Notes under the pieces: model-generated
Told to the model about the DNA's origin: nothing
What the model saw: the letters and a program-made list of their open reading frames with translations, nothing else
Databases searched by the model: none
Position numbers and translations under genes: made by a program
Shown here: piece by piece, positions 30,084 through 40,527 of the stretch
Numbering within the stretch: the first letter of the stretch is position 1
Layout: every line of letters starts with the position of its first letter
Origin: an uncultured Bacteroidales bacterium
Lineage (GTDB): Bacteria; Bacteroidota; Bacteroidia; Bacteroidales; VadinHA17
Assembly: GCA_963789985.1 (NCBI GenBank)
Contig: CAWBNA010000019.1
Location: forward strand, 198,051-262,050
DNA: 64,000 bases
Reading direction: 5' to 3'

Positions 30084-32513
30084 TTAAACATTAACTACCC
30101 TCATAATATCTGCAAATACACCTGCTGCAGTAACATCGGCGCCTGCTCCGTAACCTTTGATTACCATTGGAAGCTCACGGTACCTTTCAGTTGTAAGAAG
30201 AATTATGTTATTGCTTCCTTCCAGATCGAATGTCGGATCGGATGGATCGACAGTGACAAGTCCGACACTTGCTTTGCCCATGTCGAGGGAAGCAATAAAC
30301 CGCCATTTCTTGTTCTCTCTCACAAGACCCTTCCTTTTTTCCTCAAACGCAGCATCATGTTCCCTAACTTTTTCATAAAAATGGGAGAGATCACCTTCAA
30401 AACAGTCATCCGGAAGGAATTTATTAATGCAGACATCTTTAGCTTCAATTTTATAACCTGCTTCCCGCGAAAGGATAAGGATTTTCCTCACAACATCAGT
30501 GCCACTGAGGTCAATCCGCGGATCGGGCTCCGAAATGCCTTTTTCCTTTGCAATTCTGATTGCAGTGCTTAACGGTACATCCGGACCAATGGTGTTAAAA
30601 ATGAAATTAAGCGTTCCTGAAAGAACCGCTACAATCTTCAGTATTTTGTCGCCGCTTACAATAAGATCATTTATTGTCTTGATAACCGGAAGCCCGGCAC
30701 CTACAGTGGTTTCATAAATGAACCTTACTCCGTTTTCATTTGCTATCGATTTAAGGCGGTGATAGTAAGAGTATTCAGAGGAGCAGGCCAGCTTGCTTGC
30801 GGTTACCACAGATATGTATTTCTCCATTATCTGGCCGTACGATTCGCCCACCCTTGCATTAGCAGTGCAATCGATAAAAACTGAGTTCCTGAGATTCAGT
30901 TTTGTCATCTGTTTGATAAACAAGTCGATATCGCTTTTAGTTTGGGTTTCGGAAAGGATACCCCTGCATTCTCCAAGATCAACAGGCTTGTTTTCAATAA
31001 GCATCTTCCTTGAATTGATTATCCCGAATAGATTTATTTTAAGATTATGTTCCTTCAGGAGAAGATCGTGCTGCTTTTGAAGTTGTCTGATAAGGCTTGA
31101 ACCAACAAAACCTGTACCGGCGATAAAAAGGTTAAGTTCCTTGATCTTCGACAGGAAGAATCCGTCGTGGATCACGTTAAGTGCTTTTTTAAGGCTTTCA
31201 TTTTTGATGACGACCGAAATATTTAGCTCTGATGACCCCTGGGCGGTAGCAATAACATTAATCCCGTTTCGTGCCAGCGACCTGAAGAGTGTCGCAGAAA
31301 TGCCGGGAGTGTTCTTCATTCTTTCCCCGACAATTGCAATAATCGACAGATCCCTTTCAATCAGTATTTTTAGCTCTTTACTGAGAATTATCTCACTTGT
31401 GAATTCATGGCTTATGGCTTCATTTGACTGCCTGGTGTCCGTCGGGTTAATTGCAAAGGTTATGGAATATTCAGACGAAGCCTGGGTTATAAGGACTACG
31501 CTGATATTACGTTTGGCAAGAGCCCCGAAAAGTCTCATGGATGTACCTGATACTCCAATCATTGCCGTCCCCTGAAGCGTAATCAGGTCAATATGGTCAA
31601 TCGATGAGATCCCCTTGATGGGGCTTTTGGATTCATTACCTGATCTGTCACTTATAATAGTTCCGCGTGCTGAAGGATTAAATGAATTTTTGACAAAAAC
31701 AGGTATATGTTTTTTGTAAACCGGCCTTAAAGTGGGAGTATATATCACTTTTGCCCCAAAATGTGAAAGCTCTATTGCTTCAGAATATGTGAGGGATTCT
31801 ATGGCATAGGCCTTTTCCACTTTTTTAGGATCCGCTGTCATAAAACCATCGGTATCGGTCCATATCTCAAGCGCTTCCGCATTAATAGCTGCAGCGATTA
31901 TTGCGGCAGTGAAATCGGAACCACCCCTTCCAAGTGTTGTTGTTTCATTTTTTTCACTGCTGGCAATAAATCCCGGTACGATTATCAGTTTCTTTTTTCC
32001 TGCCAGCTTTTTCTTTACCAGAGGAATCGTCGTATTATAGTTTACTCCTGCATTTCCGTAATTATCGTCAGTTTTAATTATTTCCCGCGCGTCAATAAGC
32101 TTGCAATCACCAAAATAAATCGATATGATTCTTGAAGACAATCTTTCACCCATCGCCTGGACCTTATCCAGCGAAAACCTGCTCAGCTCCCTTATGAGAA
32201 AAATGCCGTTAAGAGTTTCATTGATTTCATCTATCAGACTGTCAATTGCAGAAAGAGCAAATGTAAGGCTGTCTCCATCCAAAAGGTCCGTGCTTATTGT
32301 CTTGTGCTTTAGAACAAGATCATCAAGAAGCGTTTTGTACTGAAGATTATGAGATGCGGCAAGCTCGCTTATTTTTTTCAACGTATCGGTTATCCCCTGA
32401 AATGCAGATACGACTACCACACATTGTCCTGATTCAGCTGCAATTATTCTTTTGACACCTCTGATCCTTTCAGATGTTCCTACCGATGATCCTCCGAACT
32501 TAAGGACTTTCAT
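30084..32513 (-). CDS. thrA: Bifunctional aspartokinase/homoserine dehydrogenase I
   Basis: KFGGSS, LGRGGSD, ACT domains, ETTVGAGLP, EPDPRIDLSG, GAGADVTAAG. Confidence 0.96.
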   Translation of the reverse strand: MKVLKFGGSSVGTSERIRGVKRIIAAESGQCVVVVSAFQGITDTLKKISELAASHNLQYKTLLDDLVLKHKTISTDLLDGDSLTFALSAIDSLIDEINETLNGIFLIRELSRFSLDKVQAMGERLSSRIISIYFGDCKLIDAREIIKTDDNYGNAGVNYNTTIPLVKKKLAGKKKLIIVPGFIASSEKNETTTLGRGGSDFTAAIIAAAINAEALEIWTDTDGFMTADPKKVEKAYAIESLTYSEAIELSHFGAKVIYTPTLRPVYKKHIPVFVKNSFNPSARGTIISDRSGNESKSPIKGISSIDHIDLITLQGTAMIGVSGTSMRLFGALAKRNISVVLITQASSEYSITFAINPTDTRQSNEAISHEFTSEIILSKELKILIERDLSIIAIVGERMKNTPGISATLFRSLARNGINVIATAQGSSELNISVVIKNESLKKALNVIHDGFFLSKIKELNLFIAGTGFVGSSLIRQLQKQHDLLLKEHNLKINLFGIINSRKMLIENKPVDLGECRGILSETQTKSDIDLFIKQMTKLNLRNSVFIDCTANARVGESYGQIMEKYISVVTASKLACSSEYSYYHRLKSIANENGVRFIYETTVGAGLPVIKTINDLIVSGDKILKIVAVLSGTLNFIFNTIGPDVPLSTAIRIAKEKGISEPDPRIDLSGTDVVRKILILSREAGYKIEAKDVCINKFLPDDCFEGDLSHFYEKVREHDAAFEEKRKGLVRENKKWRFIASLDMGKASVGLVTVDPSDPTFDLEGSNNIILLTTERYRELPMVIKGYGAGADVTAAGVFADIMRVVNV

Positions 32514-32532
32514 ATCCTGCCATAAATTAAAA

Positions 32533-32557
32533 AATATGCATCCTCAGGATGCATATT
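32533..32557 (-). terminator. Perfect hairpin AATATGCATCCT-c-AGGATGCATATT followed by a U-run on the minus strand (thrA leader or terminator of the upstream POT gene)
   Basis: 12-bp perfect arms. The A-run at 32529-32534 gives a U-tract on the minus strand. Confidence 0.55.
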
Positions 32558-32566
32558 AAGAAACGG

Positions 32567-32595
32567 CAAAAATAATAAAAAACGTATAAAACAAA
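32567..32595 (-). promoter_or_regulatory. Candidate Bacteroidota sigma70 promoter for thrA (TTTG-N17-TATTTTTG)
   Basis: Plus-strand CAAAAATA at 32567-32574 and CAAA at 32592-32595. Confidence 0.5.
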
Positions 32596-32710
32596 TCTTT
32601 GTCTTGTAAATATTAATAAAATAAAAGAATTATTTTAAAAAAAGTAACAATAAATGGAGAAACCTTTACAAAATGATATAAATGCTGTGAGGTGTTTTTA
32701 TTATTGGTGA

Positions 32711-34543
32711 TCAGCCAGCTGATGCTTTTTCAAGGCGTTTCAGCATTGAAAAGATAAAAATGGCCGACAATGAGCAGCATATTATGAACACAAGCCACAG
32801 TGTACTGAGAGCAACTTTATCCCAAAGCAAGGTTCCGACGAAGAGCAGTTTGTTGCCTACTGCTGTGGCAAGGAGCCAGCCTCCCTGCATCAGTCCCTGG
32901 AACCGTGACGGTGCTACTCTCGAGACAAAAGACAAACCCATAGGACTCAGGGAAAGCTCTGCAACCGTAAGGACAAGATAACTGCTTATTAACCAGTAGG
33001 GAGATACACGGTCGGCTTCAGCAACCGGTGTTCCCTGCAATGAAGCAGGTGAGGCTTTTCCTATTGATGCTATAAGGACAATTATGAATCCGACTGCTGC
33101 AATTACCATTCCTATGCCAATCTTCTTCGGAGTGGATGGCTCAATTCCCTTTCTGTTCATCCAGGCGAAAAGAGCCATTACAGGAAATGCCAGAGAAACT
33201 ATGAACAATGGATTAAACGACTGGAACACCTCCGGCGCAATTGAGTTATAAATGCCGAAAGGGTTTAGGAACCTTATAAGCAAGCCGGCGGGATCAAATC
33301 CGCAAATGAAAAAAGCCGAAAACAGAGCAGCTATGATGAATAATATTCCTCCTGCGACTTTTGTCTTAATCTTTATCTTCTTATATAAAAGTATAACAAC
33401 GCCCGCCACGGCTCCTATGAATGCAAGCATGGATGGCAATGTGAAGAATATGTTGGTGAACGGGCCTACCTGCTTCATAGTATAGTCTTTTGCAAACAGG
33501 GTAAGAGTCAGCCCGTTCTGATGAAATGACATCCAGAAGAATACAACGACAAAGAAGACAAGTACAAGCGCTGTTATTCTTGCTCTTTCTTCCTTGCGTG
33601 AGCTCATGATAATCCATGTCATGAAACCTGCAAATAATCCGAAGGCGAATCCTGATGCCCATCCGACCTGCTTGATGAAATGAAGTGCAAACGCTGTCAA
33701 CGTGATTGCAACAGCTGCTGCAATGATCGGAGCCGGTTTGAAATCAATTCTTTCAGCGGGAGTGGAAGAAGTTTTCACTTCCTTGTCAGGAAGAAGCTTA
33801 TTGAAAATCACATAAACCAGAAGCGATATTACCATAGCAAAGGCAGCGATACCAAAAGCGTAATTGTATCCCTTTGAAAACACATCAAGATAGGTATGAG
33901 CAAAAGAGGAAAGGTCGGCAACGTGCCCGCTCATGTTTACCTTATCAGCCAGTTGCCGGAACACAGAAATGTCTTTGATGGTACCATTCAGATACTGGTG
34001 GCAAAGCGACGGAAGGTTTGCATCGTGAGCAAATCCATTTGTTTTCAGCCACCATGTTCTTATGCCGTTGGCAGCGAATGGTGCAAAAAAAGCTCCGACA
34101 TTTATGCCCATGTAAAAAATCATGAAGGCCGTATCCCTGAGCTTCAGATACTTTGGGTCATCGTACATCTGACCAACGACAGCCTGAAGGTTACCTTTAA
34201 ACAGACCATTGCCCAGAGCGATTATCATAAGGCCAATAATTGTTACTGTAAGGGTCATCCCGGGAATGGCCATTATTACATATCCGGCGAACATTATCAG
34301 GATGCCCGTAAATATTACGAGTTTGTATTTCTTTGTTGAATCAGCTATTATACCTCCAAAGAGTGCAAGTGCGTAAATGCTGAAATAAAACCAGCTGTAG
34401 ATGTCTCCTGCCTTTTCGGCTGAAAGGTCATACCTGGCCTGAAGGAAAAGAACCAGAATAGCCATCATTGTATAAAAACCGAACCTTTCGCCCATATTGG
34501 AGAAAAATGCAACAAGAAGCCCTTTGGGATGATTTTTAAGCAT
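32711..34543 (-). CDS. POT/PTR family proton-dependent oligopeptide transporter
   Basis: GERFGFYTM, GNGLFKGN, FYMGINVGA, FQSFNPLF, AELSLSPMGLS. TATATTTG box at 34650-34657 on the minus strand. Confidence 0.93.
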   Translation of the reverse strand: MLKNHPKGLLVAFFSNMGERFGFYTMMAILVLFLQARYDLSAEKAGDIYSWFYFSIYALALFGGIIADSTKKYKLVIFTGILIMFAGYVIMAIPGMTLTVTIIGLMIIALGNGLFKGNLQAVVGQMYDDPKYLKLRDTAFMIFYMGINVGAFFAPFAANGIRTWWLKTNGFAHDANLPSLCHQYLNGTIKDISVFRQLADKVNMSGHVADLSSFAHTYLDVFSKGYNYAFGIAAFAMVISLLVYVIFNKLLPDKEVKTSSTPAERIDFKPAPIIAAAVAITLTAFALHFIKQVGWASGFAFGLFAGFMTWIIMSSRKEERARITALVLVFFVVVFFWMSFHQNGLTLTLFAKDYTMKQVGPFTNIFFTLPSMLAFIGAVAGVVILLYKKIKIKTKVAGGILFIIAALFSAFFICGFDPAGLLIRFLNPFGIYNSIAPEVFQSFNPLFIVSLAFPVMALFAWMNRKGIEPSTPKKIGIGMVIAAVGFIIVLIASIGKASPASLQGTPVAEADRVSPYWLISSYLVLTVAELSLSPMGLSFVSRVAPSRFQGLMQGGWLLATAVGNKLLFVGTLLWDKVALSTLWLVFIICCSLSAIFIFSMLKRLEKASAG

Positions 34544-34827
34544 AGTGTTTCAGTTTTGTTTTAATACCTGCAATATTATCAGATACCTGACAAACTTTGC
34601 AAAGCTTTTCCAATATCCTATAGATAGTCTGAGTCCGACCAGTCAATAACAAATATATTATTCTTTTCTTTCAATTTAGCGAAAAACGTTTTATATGCTG
34701 CTTTTAATGATATCTAAAAAGTTTGCAATCACACTATTAGCCATAATGACGAAGAAAATCATGAAAATTATGGTTGATTTCGTAACTTTAAACGCTACAT
34801 CCGGATTATATTACTCACTGAACGGCA

Positions 34828-36363
34828 ATGAAAATTTTCAGGCGTGATCAGATAAGGGAAATTGACAGGTTAACCATTAAAAATGAGCCAATTTCATCAG
34901 CAGATCTTATGGAAAGAGCTGCGGGACAGGCAGTAAGATGGTATATGAGGACTTTCGATCGTTCGCATCGGGTCATTGTTTTCACTGGCCCGGGTAATAA
35001 TGGTGGTGATGGACTGTCGTTCGCAAGGCAATTGTCTGCAAACAGGTTCAACGCTGAAGTCTACCACATAAGGACAACAGGAGACACCTCAGATGACTGG
35101 AATATTAACCGGGAAAGGCTTGAAAAAGAAACCAAAGTGCCTTTCAGGGAAATTGAAACGATTGAACAGTTCCCTTTTATCAGGACCGACGATGTGGTTG
35201 TTGATGCAATTTTCGGTTCCGGACTGACCCGACCGGTCGAAGGATTTGCAGCAACTGTCATAAAGCAACTGAACCGGACCGACTGCAATGTTGTTTCGGT
35301 TGACATTCCTTCAGGCTTGTTCTGTGAGGATAACAGCAGGAATTATCCTGATTCGGTTATAATGGCTGATTACACTCTGAGTTTTCAGTTCCCCAAGCTC
35401 TGTTTTATGTTTGCTGAGAATGAAGCATATGTGGGTGACTGGATTGTTTTACCTATAGGTCTTGACACAGGAGCTATCAGGAAAACTGAAACGCCTTTCA
35501 GTCTTCTTGAAAATGATTATGTTCGTTCATTGCTCAGAAACAGGAAAAGATTTGATCATAAAGGAAATTTCGGTCATGGACTTCTTGTCGCAGGATCATA
35601 TTGCAAAATGGGGGCTGCCCTGCTTGGCGCAAAGGCTGCCCTCAGGTCGGGGATAGGTCTTATTACCTGCCATGTCCCTTCGTGCGGGATAAATATCCTT
35701 CAGGCACATATCCCGGAAGCAATGGCAAGTTCAGATCAGGCTGAAAAAATGATCTCTGACCCGTCAGTGAAGGGATCATTCGATGCAGCTGCAATTGGAC
35801 CGGGTATCGGAACAGATCCTGAAACACAGAAGGCATTTCATTCAATCCTTCTTAACCGTGACAGACCACTTGTCGTTGATGCAGACGGGATTAATATTCT
35901 GGGACTTAATAAAAAATGGCTTTCAGCTCTGCCCGGCGAGACAGTTATAACACCTCATGTCAAAGAGTTTGAGAGATTAACCGGGAGAATTGACAATGAT
36001 TATTCAAGGCTTGAAAAGCAGATAGAATTTGCATCTGAATTTAATTGTATAGTTGTCCTGAAGGGTGCAAATACATCAATTGCCACCCCAGGCGGGAAAG
36101 TTTATTTTAACAGTACAGGCAATCCGGGTATGGCAACAGCAGGAAGTGGCGATACACTGACCGGCATAATCTTAGCGTTTCTTTCCCAGGGATATTCTCC
36201 TGAACATGCATCGATCCTTGGTGTTTATCTTCACGGCCTTGCCGGTGACATCGCTGCGGGGAAAAACGGATATGAATCCCTCATTGCTTCTGATATAATT
36301 GACTGTCTGGGAGAAGCATTTTTAAAGTGCAGATCTGAAGGATTAAACGAATCCGGGATTTAA
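34828..36363 (+). CDS. nnr: Bifunctional NAD(P)H-hydrate epimerase/dehydratase (YjeF)
   Basis: LMERAA, GPGNNGGDG, DAIFGSG, DIPSG, HKGNFG, TPHVKEF, GNPGMATAGSGD. Confidence 0.95.
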   Translation: MKIFRRDQIREIDRLTIKNEPISSADLMERAAGQAVRWYMRTFDRSHRVIVFTGPGNNGGDGLSFARQLSANRFNAEVYHIRTTGDTSDDWNINRERLEKETKVPFREIETIEQFPFIRTDDVVVDAIFGSGLTRPVEGFAATVIKQLNRTDCNVVSVDIPSGLFCEDNSRNYPDSVIMADYTLSFQFPKLCFMFAENEAYVGDWIVLPIGLDTGAIRKTETPFSLLENDYVRSLLRNRKRFDHKGNFGHGLLVAGSYCKMGAALLGAKAALRSGIGLITCHVPSCGINILQAHIPEAMASSDQAEKMISDPSVKGSFDAAAIGPGIGTDPETQKAFHSILLNRDRPLVVDADGINILGLNKKWLSALPGETVITPHVKEFERLTGRIDNDYSRLEKQIEFASEFNCIVVLKGANTSIATPGGKVYFNSTGNPGMATAGSGDTLTGIILAFLSQGYSPEHASILGVYLHGLAGDIAAGKNGYESLIASDIIDCLGEAFLKCRSEGLNESGI

Positions 36364-36400
36364 AGCGTTATTATTTATTGAAGGATAAATTAAAAAACCC

Positions 36401-37522
36401 ATGAAACTATCTGAAAAAGTTGCAATAGTTGTTTTGACAGCCTCCTTTTTGGGATCCTGCGCTGCAGACAGAAAATATCCCTCATCGTCCGGAAATATAT
36501 ACCCTGTATCGGGCGGAAAAGAATTTGATGAAGGTAGCCTGGTATATGCTCTTCCTATGACGGTAGTCGATATTCGTATTGAAACGGAAAGAACTGTCGA
36601 AAAACCAGGTCCTTATGCACGCTTTGCTGACGACATGCTTGGACTGAAAGATGTTATAAGATCCGATGCAGAACACTGGCAGATAAAAGGTATAACCATT
36701 TCAACGCACGAGGAGCTTGACCCTTCAGGTTTTTACGTTATTGAAGCAAGCTCGCTATTCACGACAAATGTTCTTGCCATGAAAAAGGAGGGACTGATAC
36801 TTGATCTTAATCCTGAATTATATAATTCAAAAAAGACAATTGACCAGATTGATAGCATGGAGATTAACAAAAGTTCTTCCTTTGATCTCGGCGCAGATGA
36901 ATATTTCCGGACTAAAAATGACACGGTCTATAAGTTGCTTAATGTTGATACAGCCTTTATCAAGATCCCTTATCTTGTTGAAAAAAAGCAGAAACTTTCA
37001 GCGGATCAGCTGGCTGAAAAAGCTGCCTCCAGAATTATGGACCTTCGCGACGGCAAACAGTCTATTCTGACAGGAGAAGCAAATGTGTTTCCACAGAATG
37101 AGGCCGCAATCAACGAAATAAACCGCATGGAGAAAGAGTATACCGAGTTGTTTACAGGCAAGACATGGAAGGAGAGAAGGTATTTCAATTATCAGGTTAT
37201 ACCGCAGAAAGAAATGATCGGCAAAAAGGTTGTTCTTTGCGGATTCTCATCATCCGTTGGTCCTGTCATTTCAGCGGGGAAAGGCGAAGCACAGATTATC
37301 GTCGAATTTTTGCCGGAGTTTAAAACAAAAGAAATCTCATTGATCAGCCGAAAACAGCAAGCATCATCAAAGACAAAATATGACAAACTTTTTTATAGGG
37401 TCCCTGAAATTGCAAATGTAAAGATTACTTATGGCAATGAAGTGATAAATACCTCAAGGCAGTTAATTTACCAGCTTGGAGAAATCATTCAACTTCCAGC
37501 AAACTATATAATAGGAAAATAA
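36401..37522 (+). CDS. DUF4831-like lipoprotein
   Basis: Lipobox LGSC, YALPMT, GPYARFA, EYTELFTG, FYRVP. Confidence 0.7.
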   Translation: MKLSEKVAIVVLTASFLGSCAADRKYPSSSGNIYPVSGGKEFDEGSLVYALPMTVVDIRIETERTVEKPGPYARFADDMLGLKDVIRSDAEHWQIKGITISTHEELDPSGFYVIEASSLFTTNVLAMKKEGLILDLNPELYNSKKTIDQIDSMEINKSSSFDLGADEYFRTKNDTVYKLLNVDTAFIKIPYLVEKKQKLSADQLAEKAASRIMDLRDGKQSILTGEANVFPQNEAAINEINRMEKEYTELFTGKTWKERRYFNYQVIPQKEMIGKKVVLCGFSSSVGPVISAGKGEAQIIVEFLPEFKTKEISLISRKQQASSKTKYDKLFYRVPEIANVKITYGNEVINTSRQLIYQLGEIIQLPANYIIGK

Positions 37523-37554
37523 GTCAGAGAAACCTTCAGGATGTTTTCCGGGTT

Positions 37555-38082
37555 TTATTGGATTTTACCTTTAAAACTTTTCTGATAATCTTCCCATGGC
37601 TGTGTTTTAAAAGCATTTTCAGAAAAGTAATTCAGAAGCATTTCCATTTCCTTTGGTTCCCTGAACCCGGGTACTGGTGAAACCTGAAGTTGATCGCCAT
37701 TCCTTGTAAGGAATACAACAGTCGGATATGAGAGCTGGCCCTTGAGCAGCGCTACCGCAAGCTGGTGTGCTCTTCCGCTTTTGCCGTCATTTACGAAAGT
37801 CTGACCAAAAAATGTCACACTTTCTTTTCCTTCAGCATCGAACTTGACAGGATAAAATTTTGTATTCAGAATATCTGCAATCACCGAATTAGTAAAGGTT
37901 TCCCGGTCCATTTTCTTGCACCAGCCGCACCATTCAGTATAAGTGTCTATAAAAATGGGTCTGAAGGACTTTTTGCTTAGCTTTTCGGCTTCCTCGATGG
38001 TATACCATTTAACCGGTTTACTCTGGGAATGAAGCCCTGTTGAAAGAGTAAAAAATAATGTGAATATCAATAGTTTTTTCAT
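37555..38082 (-). CDS. Exported thioredoxin-fold protein (DUF255-like)
   Basis: Signal peptide, YTEWCGWCKKMD, cis-Pro motif SYPT. Confidence 0.88.
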   Translation of the reverse strand: MKKLLIFTLFFTLSTGLHSQSKPVKWYTIEEAEKLSKKSFRPIFIDTYTEWCGWCKKMDRETFTNSVIADILNTKFYPVKFDAEGKESVTFFGQTFVNDGKSGRAHQLAVALLKGQLSYPTVVFLTRNGDQLQVSPVPGFREPKEMEMLLNYFSENAFKTQPWEDYQKSFKGKIQ

Positions 38083-38377
38083 GTATAAATAATTTTGATT
38101 TTAATGGTCACATGGAACCCACATGTCTGAAGAGGTATTTAAATTCTTGTTTGTGTTTGGATAACATGTGGTTTTCATATACCAGCTTTCGTATTGAATA
38201 ATGCAAATTTTATGCAAATTAAAGGAATTTTCCTGCAGGCCCGGTTGACAGGCGGGAAATATTTGATGAATAACGCTTAATCATGGCAATAAGTTCAATA
38301 TAACTTTGGTGATTTAAAGTTTTCAACAAAATATTTTTTTACATTTACCGCACTTTAAATTTCACAAAAACAATTTT

Positions 38378-39760
38378 ATGGAAACTACTCTGAAAACGCT
38401 GCGTGACTCCAAAGCAGCCCGCTGGACCGCACTTGCTGTCGTTGCATTTACCATGTTATGCGGATATTGGCTTACTGATGTGATGGCGCCGCTCAAACCA
38501 ATGCTGGAACGTGAACTGCTTTGGAACAGTTCTGAATACGGATTCTTTACAAGTGCATACGGATGGTTCAATGTCTTCCTGCTTATGCTTATTTTCGGCG
38601 GCATTATCCTTGATAAAATGGGTGTAAGGTTTACCGGGCTCATGGCAACGTCAATAATGGTGGTCGGTACCGCAATCAAATACTGGGCTATTTCAACTCA
38701 TTCACTTGATGGACATATGCTCCTCGGGATGAAGTCTCAGGTGGTTATAGCCGGGCTTGGATATGCAACTTTTGGAGTAGGTGTTGAAACTGCGGGAATC
38801 ACCGTTTCAAAAATTATCGTCAAATGGTTCAAGGGGAAGGAGATGGCTCTCGCCATGGGGCTTGAAATGGCAACTGCGCGTGTGGGAACGACAATTGCAA
38901 TGGTGACTTCCATTCCGATTGCGACGGCACTTCATGGTGTTTCTAAACCGATACTTGTGTGCCTGATCATGCTTTGCATAGGAATGATCTCATTCATCGT
39001 TTATACATTCATGGATAAAAAGCTCGATAAATCTCTTGCTGTTGCTGCAGCTGCAGACACCTCGGGCGAAGAGGAAGAATCATTCAATTTAAGGGATATT
39101 CTGTTCATAGTTAAGAACAGGGGATGGTGGTATATCGCAATCCTTTGCGTATTGTTCTATTCAGCAGTTTTCCCATTCCTGAAATATGCAACCGACCTGA
39201 TGGTCAATAAATTTCAGGTCGATCCGAAGATTGCCGGGATAATACCCGGGATGCTTCCCTTCGGGACAATAATACTAACCCCTCTTTTTGGCAACCTGTA
39301 TGACAGGAAAGGAAAGGGAGCTTCAATAATGATACTTGGCGCAGTACTTTTGATTTTTGTCCATACTATGTTCTCCATTCCATTCCTGAAGGCTACTCCA
39401 ATTGCAATAGTACTTATTATTATTCTTGGGATTGGATTTTCACTTGTGCCGTCAGCTATGTGGCCTTCTGTACCGAAAATTATTCCTGAGAAACAACTTG
39501 GTACAGCTTATGCACTGATCTTTTGGGTTCAGAATATCGGCCTTATGGGTGTTCCTGCTTTAATTGGCTGGGTACTTGATAAATATTGCATTACCGGAAC
39601 ACATCTTATTGAAGGGGCTTCAGTTCCGAGCTATAATTACACCTTGCCGATGATAATATTCACATGCTTCGGATTGATTGCGCTGGTATTCGCATTGCTC
39701 CTGAAAGCCGAAGATAAAAAGAAGGGATATGGACTGGAATTACCGAATATCAAGAAGTAA
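38378..39760 (+). CDS. MFS transporter
   Basis: About 12 TM segments, GGIILDKMGVR (motif A), KWFKGKEMALA. TAACTTTG box at 38301-38308. Confidence 0.9.
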   Translation: METTLKTLRDSKAARWTALAVVAFTMLCGYWLTDVMAPLKPMLERELLWNSSEYGFFTSAYGWFNVFLLMLIFGGIILDKMGVRFTGLMATSIMVVGTAIKYWAISTHSLDGHMLLGMKSQVVIAGLGYATFGVGVETAGITVSKIIVKWFKGKEMALAMGLEMATARVGTTIAMVTSIPIATALHGVSKPILVCLIMLCIGMISFIVYTFMDKKLDKSLAVAAAADTSGEEEESFNLRDILFIVKNRGWWYIAILCVLFYSAVFPFLKYATDLMVNKFQVDPKIAGIIPGMLPFGTIILTPLFGNLYDRKGKGASIMILGAVLLIFVHTMFSIPFLKATPIAIVLIIILGIGFSLVPSAMWPSVPKIIPEKQLGTAYALIFWVQNIGLMGVPALIGWVLDKYCITGTHLIEGASVPSYNYTLPMIIFTCFGLIALVFALLLKAEDKKKGYGLELPNIKK

Positions 39761-39842
39761 AGAAAGCGGAATATTATCTCTCTGTTTTAAAGGCTAAATC
39801 CTTTAACCCTGAGCCACATCAGTTATTCGCCTGTGCTCTTTT

Positions 39843-40496
39843 TCATGCCATTTTTATCAGGATTGACCTGATGATATCGGTTACATCCTCTTCTTCATCG
39901 ACAGTTCTTTCAAGCAGCTCAATGATCTTGTTGTTTTTAAGCAGCTCGGTTGTATCCTTTTCCTTTTCTTCAAAAATCTCGGCTACAGCGAAATAATATA
40001 ACTCATCTGATTTGTGCTCAATTTCCTTTACCTTATTGCAGGCCTGGGCAATTTCTTTCTTATTGGAAGCAGCATCAACAAGCATATGGATACAGGTATT
40101 GATTTCATTTGCAGCGGCAAAGATCAATTCTGACATTTCCTTGTATACCGGCATCAGGTTTTTTGGCTTGTAAAGGCAGATCCTCCTGCTAATACCATCA
40201 ATAGAGTCTACAACATCATCAATATTTGATGTAAGTTTCTGGATATCTTCCCTGTCGAAAGGGGTAATAAACGATTTGTTCAAAAGCTGAAAGGTTTTAT
40301 CGGTTATCACATCCCCGGCATGCTCCACTTCCTTGATCTCCTTATGTATTCTTTCATGTACTTCCGGATCAGTGCCTGACATTTGCGTCCTTAGCAAATC
40401 GGCAGCTTTGACAAGGTTCCTGGAGTCCTCTTCAAAAAGAGGGTGAAAAGAATGATCCTTTGGCACGAAGAACTTGAGAATCTTATCGATATTCAT
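39843..40496 (-). CDS. DUF47 / PhoU-like phosphate transport regulator
   Basis: EHAGD, FITPFDREDI. Directly downstream of the pit gene. Confidence 0.9.
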   Translation of the reverse strand: MNIDKILKFFVPKDHSFHPLFEEDSRNLVKAADLLRTQMSGTDPEVHERIHKEIKEVEHAGDVITDKTFQLLNKSFITPFDREDIQKLTSNIDDVVDSIDGISRRICLYKPKNLMPVYKEMSELIFAAANEINTCIHMLVDAASNKKEIAQACNKVKEIEHKSDELYYFAVAEIFEEKEKDTTELLKNNKIIELLERTVDEEEDVTDIIRSILIKMA

Positions 40497-40527
40497 ATTT
40501 ATATGATTTTCAATTTAGAATGTCAAA

